Origin: Armatimonadota bacterium
GTDB lineage: Bacteria > Armatimonadota > UBA10988
Direction of reading: 5' to 3'
Assembly: GCA_016235455.1 (NCBI GenBank)
Contig: JACRKZ010000074.1
Span: forward strand, 1-56,723
DNA length: 56,723 nt
Below the pieces are notes generated by a model. The model saw only the letters and a program-made list of their open reading frames with translations, did no database searches and was not told the origin of the DNA. The position numbers were made by a program, and so were the translations under genes. This document shows positions 8,733 to 20,100 of this stretch, piece by piece (position 1 is the stretch's first letter; each line of letters begins with the position of its first letter).

Positions 8733-11033
8733 ATGGCCAGAGCATGCCTTGACCAGGGCTGGCGCCTGCGCGCGGTCGCGCGGCCGTTCGAGGGCAACAT
8801 CGGCGGCGCGCCGCAGGGCGCCGACATCCCCGAGTACCCCGATGCCGACTGGCGCGTGGTGGATCTGCCGCACGATCACGCCATCGAGGCGACGCTCGAA
8901 CAGAACGGGCCGGCAGGCAGTGGCAACCCAAACGCCGGGCAGAACGCCTGGCTGCCCGGTGGCCTGCTCTGGTACCGCCGGCATCTGACGCTCGACCGCA
9001 CCGAGGGTCGTGTCTTCCTGCTCGAGTTCGGCGCCTGCTACCGCGGTACCGAGGTCTGGGTCAACGGGCACTACGCCGGCGCCGAGGCCAACGGCTACTT
9101 CTCCTTCACGCTGGATATCACGCCTTGGGTCCAGCCGGGCGAGAACGTCATCGCGGTGCGGGCCGACAACTTGGACACGCCCAACTGCCGCTGGTACACG
9201 GGCACGGGCCTGTACCGCCATGTCTGGCTCTGGGATCTGGACCAGACCCATCTCGCGCACCACGGCATCGCCATCACCACGCCGGAAGTCACCAGCGATC
9301 ACGCGGTGGTCTGGGTGAGCACCGAGATCAAGGGACCGGGCGGTCGGGCGCATCTGGTCAGCCGAGTGGCCGACGGGGCGGGCCATGTCGTGGGCGAGGC
9401 CGCCGGTCTGTTCGAGTGCGGCTCGACCGCGGTTCAGCAGATTCGAGTGCAGGACCCGCGGCTGTGGAGCGTTGACTCGCCGGTGCTCTACTCTCTGCGG
9501 TCGCAGCTCTCACGCGATGGCCAGGTGACCGACGAGCGAGCCACCGCGTTCGGCATCCGCACGCTGGAGTTCCGCCGCGGGGAGGGCTTCTTCCTGAACG
9601 GCGAGCCCCTGAAGTTCAAAGGCCTGTGTTTGCACCACGAGGCGGGCCCGCTCGGCGCCGCGGTGCCCGAGACCGTCTGGGCGTACCGCCTTGGTGAACT
9701 GAAGAAGGTTGGCTGCAACGCCATCCGGACCAGTCACAACCCGCCCGCCGAGGAGTTCCTGGACCTCTGCGACGCCCTGGGCTTCCTGGTCATGGACGAG
9801 CTGTGCGACAAGTGGGAGCCGCCCCACTACCGTGACTTCGAGCGGCGGTGGCGTCCCGATATCACCGCCTGGGTGCGCCGCGACCGCAACCATCCCAGCG
9901 TTGTGATGTGGTCGGTGGGCAACGAGAACGATGCGCCCGGCACGCTCTACCTCGACCGTCGGCTCCCTCAGCTTTGCGGGTTGGTACGCGCGCTCGATCC
10001 GACGCGGCCCGTCATTGCCGCGCTCGAACGCGGGCCCGATGGTGAAGATCGGGCGGCGCAGGTGCTCAAGTCGGCGGCCCACACGGACCTGGTCGGCCTC
10101 AACTACGGCGAGCAGTGGTATGCCGATCTGCTGCGGCACGACCCGGATGAACTCATCCTCGGCACCGAGAACTACACCTACTACACCAGCCTCCCCGAGC
10201 AGCGCGAGGCCATGGTGGAGAAGAACGCCTGGCTGTACGTTCTCGAGGACCCGCGGGTCATGGGTCTGTTCTACTGGACCGGCATCGACTACCTGGGCGA
10301 GGCCGGCCGCGCGTGGCCGCGGATCGGCTCGACCTCGGGCTTCTGCGACCTGACGGGTCATCCCAAGCCCCGGGCGGCCCTCCTCGCGAGCTTCTGGTCG
10401 GCCCAGCCCGTGCTGGCCATGGCGGTGGCGGCGAGCACCCCACGACCGTCCTCCATGTGGAGCTTCCCGGCTCTAGACCCATGCTGGACGGGCGTCGATG
10501 GCGAGATAGTGACCTTGGCCATCTACGGCAATTGCGAGACGGTCGAACTCACCCTGAATGGGCGCAGTCTGGGCCAGCGGGACCTGACGGGCCAGGTGAA
10601 CCGCATGCTGTCCTGGGACGTCCCGTACGCGCCAGGGACGCTGGTGGCCACGGGCCGCAACGGTCAGGCCGAGGTCGCGCGGTGCGCTCTGCGTACCCCG
10701 CAGGACCCGGCATCGCTTCGGCTGCGGGTGTTGACCGGTGAAGTGGCGGCTAACGGGTGGGATACTGCTCTGGTCGAGGCGCAACTGGTGGACGCGCAGG
10801 GCACCGTGTGCCCCAGTACGGACCCGGTGGAGTTCGCCGCAGCGGGTGGTGCTCAGGTGGTCTGCGTCGGCAACGGCGACATGGCCTGGCACGGACCGTT
10901 CCGTGCCCAGACCGTGCCGCTGTGCCGCGGGCGAGCTGTGGCCTACCTTCGGGCCGCGGCGAGTCCCGACCAGGCCAGCGTCACGGCGCACTGCGCCGGG
11001 CTGACCGCGACGGTGGCGTTGCACTTCCGTTGA
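8733..11033 (+). CDS. glycoside hydrolase family 2 (beta-galactosidase-like)
   Basis: RWYTGTGLYRHV, KGLCLHH, GCNAIRTSHNPP, RDRNHPSVVMWSVGNE, WTGIDYLGE. Confidence 0.93.
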   Translation: MARACLDQGWRLRAVARPFEGNIGGAPQGADIPEYPDADWRVVDLPHDHAIEATLEQNGPAGSGNPNAGQNAWLPGGLLWYRRHLTLDRTEGRVFLLEFGACYRGTEVWVNGHYAGAEANGYFSFTLDITPWVQPGENVIAVRADNLDTPNCRWYTGTGLYRHVWLWDLDQTHLAHHGIAITTPEVTSDHAVVWVSTEIKGPGGRAHLVSRVADGAGHVVGEAAGLFECGSTAVQQIRVQDPRLWSVDSPVLYSLRSQLSRDGQVTDERATAFGIRTLEFRRGEGFFLNGEPLKFKGLCLHHEAGPLGAAVPETVWAYRLGELKKVGCNAIRTSHNPPAEEFLDLCDALGFLVMDELCDKWEPPHYRDFERRWRPDITAWVRRDRNHPSVVMWSVGNENDAPGTLYLDRRLPQLCGLVRALDPTRPVIAALERGPDGEDRAAQVLKSAAHTDLVGLNYGEQWYADLLRHDPDELILGTENYTYYTSLPEQREAMVEKNAWLYVLEDPRVMGLFYWTGIDYLGEAGRAWPRIGSTSGFCDLTGHPKPRAALLASFWSAQPVLAMAVAASTPRPSSMWSFPALDPCWTGVDGEIVTLAIYGNCETVELTLNGRSLGQRDLTGQVNRMLSWDVPYAPGTLVATGRNGQAEVARCALRTPQDPASLRLRVLTGEVAANGWDTALVEAQLVDAQGTVCPSTDPVEFAAAGGAQVVCVGNGDMAWHGPFRAQTVPLCRGRAVAYLRAAASPDQASVTAHCAGLTATVALHFR

Positions 11034-11170
11034 GGGTGCCCGGCAACCTCGCGTTGCACGATGAACCCGCCGTGCCCGCGCTCGCCTGTGCGGCCCGCGC
11101 GCGTGTCTAGCGGGATACGCGATTAGCCTGTATGCTGTGTTCCGCTCATAGACTCCAAGCGAGTCGGTGA

Positions 11171-12541
11171 GTGGAGTTCCTGGGCATGAAATGGGTCTTC
11201 GCCGGCGCCTTCGTACTGCTTTGTCTGCTCGCGATTCCTGCGTACCGTGGCAGCCACGACCCGGTGACGGCGGGCAAGACGCGCATCGTCTGGATCAGCG
11301 ACGACAACCCGGTACGCAAAGGCCAGATCGAGCTGTTCAACAAGACGCATCCCTCGATCGAGTTGAAGATCGACCCCACCAACGCCGGCATGGAGAAGGT
11401 CATCGTGCAGAGCCTGGCCGGGGTGGGGCCCGACCTGTTCGACTGCTACAACCCCTTCCAGCTCTCGGCCTACGTGCGCGCCGGCATCGCCGCCGACATC
11501 ACCGACGACATGCTCAAGGCGGGCGTGGATGTGGGCAAGATCATCTGGCCGGCGGTGAAGGTGACCTGCGTGCGCGATGAGCGCGCCTACGGCTTCCCGT
11601 GCAATGCCGCCTGCGATGCGGTCTGGTTCAACAAGAAGCTGTTCGAGGAGGCGCGCATCCCGTATCCCGACCATCAGATGACCTGGGACGAGCTGATTGC
11701 GCTGGCCAAGCGGCTGACCGTCCGTGAGGCCGACGGCCGCGCCAAGCAGTTTGGTCTGCTGTGCGACTGGTGGCAGTGGCAGTCGTTCATCGCCATGTGG
11801 GGTGGCAGCATCTTCTCGGCTGACGGCAGCCAATGCGTGGTGGACAGCCCCGAGGCCATTGCCGCGGTGCAGTTCCTGCACGACCTGATCTATGTCCACA
11901 AGGTCATGCCCAGCCCGGCCGACGAGGCGTCGGCCACCCAAGGCGGTTGGGGCTCGGGCACCATCTCGTTCTTCAGCGGCGACAAGGGCGCCATGGCGTT
12001 TGGCGGACGCTGGTGGCTGTGCACGCTGCGTATGTCCAAGGACCTGCGCAGCGGCGTGATGCCCGCGCCGTTCGGCCCAGGCGGCGTGTACCGCGGCTAC
12101 GGCCGGTCGACGCTGGTCAGCGCCAACTCCAAGAACCGCGCGGCGGCGCTGGAGTTCATGAAGTATCTGGCCGGGCCAGACTACAACCAACTCCTGAACG
12201 ACCAGGGCGATGCACTGGCGCCGGTGCCGGCCTACTGCCAGGGCGAGCGTTTCCTGCACAACCCCGAGTACCCGCAGGAGACCGACAACCAGGTGTGGGC
12301 CGACGCCATGGCCAAGGGCGTGCCCGACCAGGTCAGCCCGTATGTCAATGGCAACCTGGCCAACCGCATTCTGACCAAGCAGCTCGACCTGGTGAAGAAC
12401 GACCAGAAGACCGCCGCCGATGCGCTACGGAGCGCGGCCAAGCGCATCAATGAAGAGATCGCCAAGGGCCGCGCCATGGCCGCCGCTGCCGGCGTCGCCG
12501 GCCGGGCGGGCACCGCGGAGAAGACGGGAGGCCGGCCGTGA
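11171..12541 (+). CDS. carbohydrate ABC transporter substrate-binding protein
   Basis: N-terminal hydrophobic anchor; YGFP..WFNKKLF..MTWDEL..AKRL; FFSGDKGAM; lies upstream of two permeases. Confidence 0.9.
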   Translation: MEFLGMKWVFAGAFVLLCLLAIPAYRGSHDPVTAGKTRIVWISDDNPVRKGQIELFNKTHPSIELKIDPTNAGMEKVIVQSLAGVGPDLFDCYNPFQLSAYVRAGIAADITDDMLKAGVDVGKIIWPAVKVTCVRDERAYGFPCNAACDAVWFNKKLFEEARIPYPDHQMTWDELIALAKRLTVREADGRAKQFGLLCDWWQWQSFIAMWGGSIFSADGSQCVVDSPEAIAAVQFLHDLIYVHKVMPSPADEASATQGGWGSGTISFFSGDKGAMAFGGRWWLCTLRMSKDLRSGVMPAPFGPGGVYRGYGRSTLVSANSKNRAAALEFMKYLAGPDYNQLLNDQGDALAPVPAYCQGERFLHNPEYPQETDNQVWADAMAKGVPDQVSPYVNGNLANRILTKQLDLVKNDQKTAADALRSAAKRINEEIAKGRAMAAAAGVAGRAGTAEKTGGRP

Positions 12542-13451
12542 AGAAGCGCACCGGACTGCATGACAGCGAGTTCTGGGCGGCCCCGTCGTGTTCTCCCTGG
12601 TGGTCAGCGCCACCAACTGGAGCCTGACGCGCGAGGAGCCCTTCCGCTTTGTCGGCCTGGCCAACTTCGCCCAGCTCTTTGGCGACAAGGAGTTCTGGCA
12701 GTACTTCATCAACACCGGCTACCTGATGCTGGGCATGCCCATCGCCATCGCCGGGTCGCTCTGCCTGGCGCTGCTGCTGAGCCAGAAGCTGCGTGGCGTG
12801 GTGATCTACCGCACCATGTTCTACTTGCCCAGCTTCACCAGCGGCGTGGCGTTGCTGATCCTGTGGAAGGCGCTGTACAACCCGCAGTTCGGCCCCATCA
12901 ACGCGGCGCTCGGCCCCATCTTCCAGTGGTTTGGCGGGCAGGCGCCCGAGTGGCTGCTGTCCACCAAAAACCTGCTCGGCCTGCACGCCGAGGACATCCG
13001 GCTGGTCTGGGCGCAGTTCGGGCTCGGCGCGCGCGATGCCATGATCTTCATGGGCATCTGGATCAGCATCGGCGGCAGCAACATGCTGCTCTATCTGGCC
13101 GGCCTCAGCAACATCCCCCAAGAGCTGTTCGAAGCCGCGCAGATCGATGGTGCCGGCCCCTGGGCCACATTCCGCCATGTCACCTGGCCCCAGCTCGCGC
13201 CCACCACGTTCTTCATCCTGGTGATGAGCTTCATCGGCGGTCTGCAGGGCGGCTTTGAGTCGGCCCGGGTGCTCACCGCCGGCGGCCCGGCCGGCACGAC
13301 CACCACGCTGGCGTACTACATCTACACCAAGGCCTTCGAGGAATTCCAGATCGGCTATGCCTCGGCGGTCTCGTGGGTGCTGTTCATCATCATCGCCGTG
13401 GTCACACTGCTCAACTGGAAGTTTGGCTCGCGCGAAACCAACGACGCCTGA
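12538..13451 (+). pseudogene. carbohydrate ABC permease 1 with apparent N-terminal deletion/frameshift (intact frame 12588..13451)
   Basis: The coupled GTG start at 12538 (GGAGG RBS, GTGA overlap) reads MKKRTGLHDSEFWAA, but the permease body (GPVVFSL...EAAQIDGA) is in another frame that is closed by TGA at 12561; the first TM helix is missing. Confidence 0.65.
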
Positions 13452-13463
13452 GGGAGGCCAGCT

Positions 13464-14327
13464 ATGAAAGAGACAACCGCGACGACCTCCGGCCGCTCTG
13501 GCGAGTGGTGGTTCCGCAAGGGCCGCTTCGGCGTCAGCCACCTGGCGCTGTGCCTGCTGGCGCTGACCACGCTGACGCCGTTCCTGTGGATGGTGCTGGC
13601 CAGCTTCAAGCACGTCAGCGAGATTGAGGGCAACCTCAACCCGTTCCCCAAGGTCTGGCATCCCGAGAACTACGCGCAGGTCTTCAAGCAGATCCACTTC
13701 GCGCGGTACTACTTCAACTCCATCTTCGTGGCCGCCTGGGTCACTGTGCTCCAGACCCTGACCAGCGCCATGGCCGCCTTCGCCTTCGCGCGGCTGCGCT
13801 GGCCGCGGCGCGACCAGGTGTTCAAGCTGTATCTCTTCACGCTCATGGTGCCCGGCGTGGTGACCATGATCCCCAACTACACGCTGATGGTGAAGCTGGG
13901 TCTGCTGGACAGCTACATCGGCCTGATCGTGCCGGCCTCGTTCTCCGCGTTCGGCACGTTCCTGCTGCGCCAGTTCATGATGGGCATTCCCCGCGCCCTC
14001 GACGAAGCGGCCGCCATCGACGGCGCCACGCATTGGCGCACCTTCTGGGACGTCATCCTGCCGCTGGCGCGACCGGGTCTGGTCACGCTGGCCATCTTCA
14101 CCTTCATGGGCACCTACGGCAGCTTCTTCTGGCCGCTGGTGCTCATCAAGAGCGACGCCCTGCGCACACTGCCCATCGGCATGTTGTACTTCGACAGCGT
14201 CTATGGCAAGCAGACCAACCTGATCATGGCGGCCAGTGTGATGAACATCACGCCGCTGATCATCCTGTTTGTCTCGACCCAGAAGTTCCTGGTCAAGGGC
14301 ATCCAGCTCGGAGCGGTGAAGGGGTAA
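13464..14327 (+). CDS. carbohydrate ABC transporter permease 2
   Basis: EAA loop DEAAAIDGA; FLLRQF; C-terminal QKFLVKGI. Confidence 0.93.
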   Translation: MKETTATTSGRSGEWWFRKGRFGVSHLALCLLALTTLTPFLWMVLASFKHVSEIEGNLNPFPKVWHPENYAQVFKQIHFARYYFNSIFVAAWVTVLQTLTSAMAAFAFARLRWPRRDQVFKLYLFTLMVPGVVTMIPNYTLMVKLGLLDSYIGLIVPASFSAFGTFLLRQFMMGIPRALDEAAAIDGATHWRTFWDVILPLARPGLVTLAIFTFMGTYGSFFWPLVLIKSDALRTLPIGMLYFDSVYGKQTNLIMAASVMNITPLIILFVSTQKFLVKGIQLGAVKG

Positions 14328-14393
14328 GCCGGTCATTGCCGTTCGGTGCCATCGCCTCATACTGATCCCGCACAGCAGCGAGGAGATGAGACG

Positions 14394-15386
14394 ATGGCGA
14401 ACGGCCCGCGCGCGGTCACGCCCGGCAGCTTGAGGGCCTACGCGCAGCCCAGCGTGGGGCGCAGCCTGGGTCAGATGGCCACGTCGTTTGGCCCGTTCGT
14501 CGCGCTGTGGGCGTTGGCCCGTTGGCTTCTGCGCGTCCACTGGTGGGCCGCCCTGCCGGCCAGCCTGGGCGCGGGTCTGTTCCTCCTGCGCATTTTCGTC
14601 ATCCAGCACGACTGTGGTCATGGCTCGTTCTTCCGCTCCAAGCGCGCCTGCTGTTGGGTGGGCCGGCTGAGCAGCCTGTTCACGGCCACACCGTACGGCC
14701 GCTGGCGAGCAAGCCACGCCCATCACCACGCCCACGTCGGTCAGCTCGAAGGCCGCGGCGTGGGCGACGTCGGCACGATGACGCTCGACGAGTACCGCCG
14801 GTGCGGCGCATGGCGGCGATTGTGCTACCGGCTCTACCGCCATCCGCTGTTCCTGTTCGGCTTCGCCCCGATGGCGCTGTTCGTGGTGGGCAACCGGCTC
14901 GGCACGACGACGCAGACCCGCGCCGACCGCACCAGCCTGTGGACGCACAACCTGGTGCTCGCCGTCGCCGTGGTGGCTGCGTGCTGGCTGCTGGGCTGGC
15001 GCGAGTACCTGTTGGTGCAGGGCCCGGCCCTGTTGGTCGGCTCCACCATCACGGTCTGGCTCTTCTATGTGCAGCACCAGTTCGAGAGCACCTACTGGGC
15101 GCACACGGGCGAGTGGAACCTGTCGGACGCGGCGCTCCAGGGCAGTTCACACTACCGCCTCCCGCGCCTACTGCAGTGGCTGACGGGCAGCATCGGCCTG
15201 CACCATGTGCACCACCTCAACTCGCGCATCCCCAACTACAACCTGCAACGCTGCCACGACGAGTTGCCGCCGCTGCACGAGGCGCCCGTGCTGACGCTCA
15301 CGTCCAGCCTGAGGTGCATGAGACTGGCGCTGTGGGATGAGGAGGCCGGGCGACTGGTGTCGTTTGACGCGGCCCGCCTGAGCTGA
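14394..15386 (+). CDS. membrane fatty acid desaturase (Des-like), copy 1
   Basis: His boxes HDCGH, HAHHH, HHVHH; FYVQHQFE; RIPNYNL. Confidence 0.93.
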   Translation: MANGPRAVTPGSLRAYAQPSVGRSLGQMATSFGPFVALWALARWLLRVHWWAALPASLGAGLFLLRIFVIQHDCGHGSFFRSKRACCWVGRLSSLFTATPYGRWRASHAHHHAHVGQLEGRGVGDVGTMTLDEYRRCGAWRRLCYRLYRHPLFLFGFAPMALFVVGNRLGTTTQTRADRTSLWTHNLVLAVAVVAACWLLGWREYLLVQGPALLVGSTITVWLFYVQHQFESTYWAHTGEWNLSDAALQGSSHYRLPRLLQWLTGSIGLHHVHHLNSRIPNYNLQRCHDELPPLHEAPVLTLTSSLRCMRLALWDEEAGRLVSFDAARLS

Positions 15387-15493
15387 CGCGTGGCGGGATC
15401 GTTGCGGGCGCAGGGGGTGACTTAGCGCCCTTGCGCGGCATAATGAGATCACCTGGTTGACCGAAGTTCCTGTCGCCAGATCCGGAGATCGAG

Positions 15494-16489
15494 ATGATGG
15501 CGACCGGCCCGCGGCCCAGCACGCCCGGCAGCTTGAGCGTGTATGCACGGCCCAACGTCTGGCGTAGCCTGGGCCAGATGGGCACCTCCTTTGGCCCGTT
15601 CGTCGTGCTATGGGCTCTGGCCTGGTGGCTCCTGCGCCTCCATCCGCTGGCTGCGCTGCCGGTCAGCCTCGCCGCTGGGCTGTTCCTGGTGCGCATTTTC
15701 ATCATCCAGCATGATTGCGGCCATGGCTCCTTCTTCCGCTCCAAGCGCGCCTGCTCCTGGGTCGGCCGGCTGTGCAGCCTGTTCACCGCCACACCGTATG
15801 GTCACTGGCGATCAAGCCACGCGCAGCACCATGCCCAGGTCGGCAAGCTCGAGGGCCGTGGGGTGGGTGATATCAACACAATGACGCTGCGCGAATGGCG
15901 CGAGGCGGGCTGGCGGAAGCGGCTGCTGTATCGGCTGTACCGCCATCCTTTGGTGCTGTTTGGCATCGGGCCGGTGAGCCTGTTCCTCATCGGCAATCGC
16001 TTCTGTTCCGCTGACGACCGACCGAGTGCCAAGCTCAGCGTCAACATGACCAACCTCGCGCTGGCCGCCACGGTCACCATCGCCTGCCTGCTGTTCGGCT
16101 GGCGTGAGTTCCTGCTGGTGCAGTTGCCAGCCACCTTCCTTGCGTGCAGCGTTGGTGTCTGGTTGTTCTATGTCCAGCATCAGTTCGAGGACACCTACTG
16201 GGCCCACGCCACGGAGTGGGACCTGACCGAGGCGGCCATACGCGGCAGTTCCTACTACCGCCTGCCGGCGCTGCTGCAGTGGCTGACGGGCAACATCGGA
16301 CTGCACCACGTGCACCACCTCAACTCGCGCATCCCCAACTACAACCTGCAACGCTGCCACGACGATGTGCCCGTGCTGCATGAGGCGCCCGTGCTGACGC
16401 TGGCGTCCAGCCTGCGCTGTGTGCGTCTGGCGCTGTGGGACGAGGACGCGCGGCGCCTGGTGTCGTTTGGCGAGGGGCATCGGAGGTAG
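15494..16489 (+). CDS. membrane fatty acid desaturase (Des-like), copy 2
   Basis: His boxes HDCGH, HAQHH, HHVHH; close paralog of copy 1. Confidence 0.93.
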   Translation: MMATGPRPSTPGSLSVYARPNVWRSLGQMGTSFGPFVVLWALAWWLLRLHPLAALPVSLAAGLFLVRIFIIQHDCGHGSFFRSKRACSWVGRLCSLFTATPYGHWRSSHAQHHAQVGKLEGRGVGDINTMTLREWREAGWRKRLLYRLYRHPLVLFGIGPVSLFLIGNRFCSADDRPSAKLSVNMTNLALAATVTIACLLFGWREFLLVQLPATFLACSVGVWLFYVQHQFEDTYWAHATEWDLTEAAIRGSSYYRLPALLQWLTGNIGLHHVHHLNSRIPNYNLQRCHDDVPVLHEAPVLTLASSLRCVRLALWDEDARRLVSFGEGHRR

Positions 16490-16561
16490 GTGCTGCCGCG
16501 CGCCTTGCGGCCACCGCGTAACCCATTGGGTCCGACAGGTCACCTGCCCAGGGAGACAACC

Positions 16562-17089
16562 ATGTCGGACTCGACCAAGGAGCCGTGGCTGCAGTGGCTC
16601 GCGTTGGCCACGGTGGTGCTGGCGGTCTGCGCCTCTATCGCCTCGCTCAAGGCGGGCAGCTACTCCACCAAGGCCACGCTGACCACCACCGACGAGAACA
16701 ACCAGTGGGCCTACTTCCAGGCCAAGAGCATCAAGCAGCATACCTGTGAGGTGCAGCGCGACCTGCTCACCTACTACCGTTCCGAGGCCCGAACCGCGAC
16801 CGCGCAGCAGAACCTCGACAAGCTGCTCGCGCGCTGTGGGCAGGACATCGCCCGGTACGACCAGGAGAAGAACGAGATCAAGGCCGGGGCCGAGAAGCGC
16901 GCCAAGGACGAGGACGTCTTCAAGCGCAAGGGCGCCAGCATGTCGCTCGCGGTCATGCTGCTGCAGATCGCCATCATGCTGTCATCGGTCAGCGCACTGC
17001 TCAAGCGATCCTGGCTGTGGGGTGCCGGCCTGGCCGTTGGCCTGACCGGCTTGGTCTACATGGTGAACGCCTTCGCACTCGTGCGGTGA
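16562..17089 (+). CDS. DUF4337-like membrane protein
   Basis: NQWAYFQAKSIK motif; LLQIAIMLSS; three TM helices around a coiled segment; GGGAG RBS. Confidence 0.8.
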   Translation: MSDSTKEPWLQWLALATVVLAVCASIASLKAGSYSTKATLTTTDENNQWAYFQAKSIKQHTCEVQRDLLTYYRSEARTATAQQNLDKLLARCGQDIARYDQEKNEIKAGAEKRAKDEDVFKRKGASMSLAVMLLQIAIMLSSVSALLKRSWLWGAGLAVGLTGLVYMVNAFALVR

Positions 17090-17164
17090 GCATGCCCCGG
17101 CTGGGAGGCGGTGCTGACAGCGCCAGTCGGTCGACTGCGCCGCCAGCACCGCCTGGTCCCAGCG

Positions 17165-20100
17165 CTAGGGGGCCTTCGGCCGCTCGGTCACGCGGACGAT
17201 GCCTTCATCGCTGAGGCAGCGCACGTCGGGCCGGTACATGGCGAAGCCGTTGTGTGGCAGCGCCCGGAACAGGCCCGGCGACTCCGCGCGGAGCCGGTAG
17301 CTGATGGTCGTCTTGCCCTGGCTGAGCTGGTCGGCGAAGAAGGTGACCTCCTTGTCGCGCAGCTCGCGGTACAGATACGAGCCGCCCCAAGTGCCGCCAC
17401 TGGTCTGGTCGACCGGTTCACAGCCGGCAGGCTTGGGGTCGCGGAAGGCGACGTAGCTGAAGTCGTTCTCCGCGTCGATGTCGATCTTCACCTCGATCTG
17501 GTCGCCCGAGGCAATGGGCGTACCGTTGGCCAGGGGCTCCAGGCGCGTCTGGCGCTTGTTGTCCTTGTCCGTGTACTCCACCACGCGCGAGTAGCTGCGC
17601 TTGGCCGACATGAGGTTGGAGGCCGCGGTGATCGGGTCTTCCTTGGTGTAGTAGGTCAGCATGGCCGCCACATACGGGCTGCCGCCGCCGGCCGTGGTGA
17701 CCGACACGTCGTTGGCACCCGAGCGCAGCAGCGCCGGGTCGACCTCGATCTCCGCGTTGGTCGATAGGGCGTTCTGGGGCGTGATCTCCAGGCCCTTCAC
17801 GTCCTTGCCATTGACCTGCACGTTCACGCTGTACGTGCCCGTGAGCTCCTTGTGGCCATCGGCATACTCGGCCAGCGCCAGGATGGCCGCCGCCGTGTCC
17901 TTGGTGCTGTACCACTGGTTGCCCGTACGGTTGAGCAGCAGCCACTGCGCGGTCTTGCCCGCCAGTGCGGCGTTGGGCTCCACCTTCTGGCTGGCCAGCA
18001 GCGCGAACGCGGTGGTCTCCACCTGATCCTCGCTCCAGCGCCAACCCCAGCGGTTCTCACCCCAGTGGCAGCCCTGAGCCGTCTCGATGCGGCGGCTCTG
18101 CAGGTTGCGCCAGACCACCTGCGCGCGCTCGTTGTCGCGCCGGCCGGCCAGCGTGAGCACCAGCAGCGCCCGCGTGTAGTCGTTCAGGCCGTCACGCTCT
18201 GCCCAGACGCGCTCGACCGTCTCGGTCAGTGCCTTCTTCTGGTCGGCGCTGGGCGTATGCCCGATGCCTTCCACCTCGGTCAGCACCCACGCCACGTAGG
18301 CCGAACTGTCGTTCTGGCTCTTGAGCAGGTGCAGGTTGCCATAGAGGAAGTCGATGGCGCGCGTATAGCGGTCCTGAGGCACGGTGTAGTCGGCGCGCAA
18401 GGCCTGGCTCAGGCCGTAGGTGACATAGGCGCTCATCCACAGATCGCTGCGCATGCCGCCGAACCAGCCGAAGCCGCCATCGGCGTTCTGCATGCCGCAG
18501 AGCCGGTCCACGCCGGTTTTGACCATGGCCGGCAGCTCATCGAGGCCCTTGCTGTCCCACCACTCGGGCATCTGCGGCGGCTTGACCGCCGCGGGCTTGG
18601 CCGCCACCGTGGCGCCGCCGGTCGCGGGTCGGCCCACGAGGTCGAGCGTGCGCGCCACCATGACGCACGGCAGGAACTTGCTCGTGGTCTGCTCCACGCA
18701 GCCGTACGGGTAGCGGACGAGGTACGGCAGGGCGTCGACCAACGAGTTGATCACCGACGGCTGGATGCTGACCTTGAGCTTGGTGGCGTTGTCGCGGCGC
18801 TCGGCGGGCAGGTTGAGCGCGAAGCTCAGCTTGCCGTCGGTCACCTGGCCCGCGGCGGCGGCGAACTTGTCCGCGCCGTGCGGCAGCACCTCGAAGTCGG
18901 TCTTCACCGCATCGGAATCGGTGGCGCCGCGCAGCGTCGCCGTGATCGTCGCTCGGCCGGGGTTGACCGCGCGCACGATGCGGTCGAGCCGCGCCTGACC
19001 GTTGGGCGGCACGACCAGCGAGCCGGTGGCTTCGCCCTCCAGGCTCAGCCCGGCCACCTGCAGGCTGACCGCCACCTGCTGTTGCCCCGAGGTCTTGTTG
19101 GTGGCGATGATGCTGACGGTGGTCTCGTCGAGCTGGGTGAAGAAGCGCGGGGCCTGCAGACGACAGATCAGGTCCTTGCTGGTCACCACGCGCTCTACCT
19201 GCTGGCCGGCGCGCGTGTCCTTGGTCACAGCGCGCGCGGTGGTGCGCCAGGTGGTCAGGCTGTCAGGGAAGTCCACCTTCACGTCAGCCTGACCCTTGGC
19301 GTTGGTGGTCACCGTGGGCAGCCAGACGATGGTGTCGGGGAAGAAAGAGCGCACGGCCACGGCCGCCTCCGGCCCGGCCTCCGCGCCCGGGGCCGCCTTG
19401 GCGGCATCCGCGGGAGCCGAGGCCATGGCCGCCGGAGAGGGCGGCGGCGCGCCGGCGCGCTGCATCATGGGACGGCCGCCACCCATCCCACCCATGCCGC
19501 CGCCGAAACCGCCAGGCATGCCGAGCGCCACACCTTCGGTGCGTGGTTCGAACTTGTCGTCGTACTCGCCGGCCGGCTCGAACGAGCAGGCGCTGCGGAT
19601 GCCGTTGAAGCGGCGACCGCCATGGAAGTAGGCGCCGATGGGCTGCGCCATCTCCTCCTGGATGGCATAGACGCTGTCGTCGGTGATGCCCAGGCTGACC
19701 TGCGCGGCCACCGGCTTACCGTCCTGGTCGGTGGTGGTCACGGCGAACTGGCCGCTGGTGCGCGGCTTGTACTCCGCCTTGTCGCTCTGCACCTTGACGT
19801 TCACGAAGCGGTCCGTGGGTGGCACTTTGAGCTCCGCGTTGGCGAAGTAGACCTGCTTGGAGCCGACCACGGTGGCGTTGACATAGACGTTCGGCGAGTA
19901 GTTGTCCCTCACCGGCAGTTCCAGCACCAGCGCGTTGCCCTGGTAGCGGATGACCTTGGTCTCATAGATGTGCACCGCGCCGATGGTCAGCAGCACTGCG
20001 CCGTCCTTGACGGGGCTGTTGAGCAGCAGGCGCGCCGTCTGGCCCTTCTGGTACAGGTCCTTCTCGGGCAGCAACTGCAGGTTGGCGTGGTCCCAGTTGT

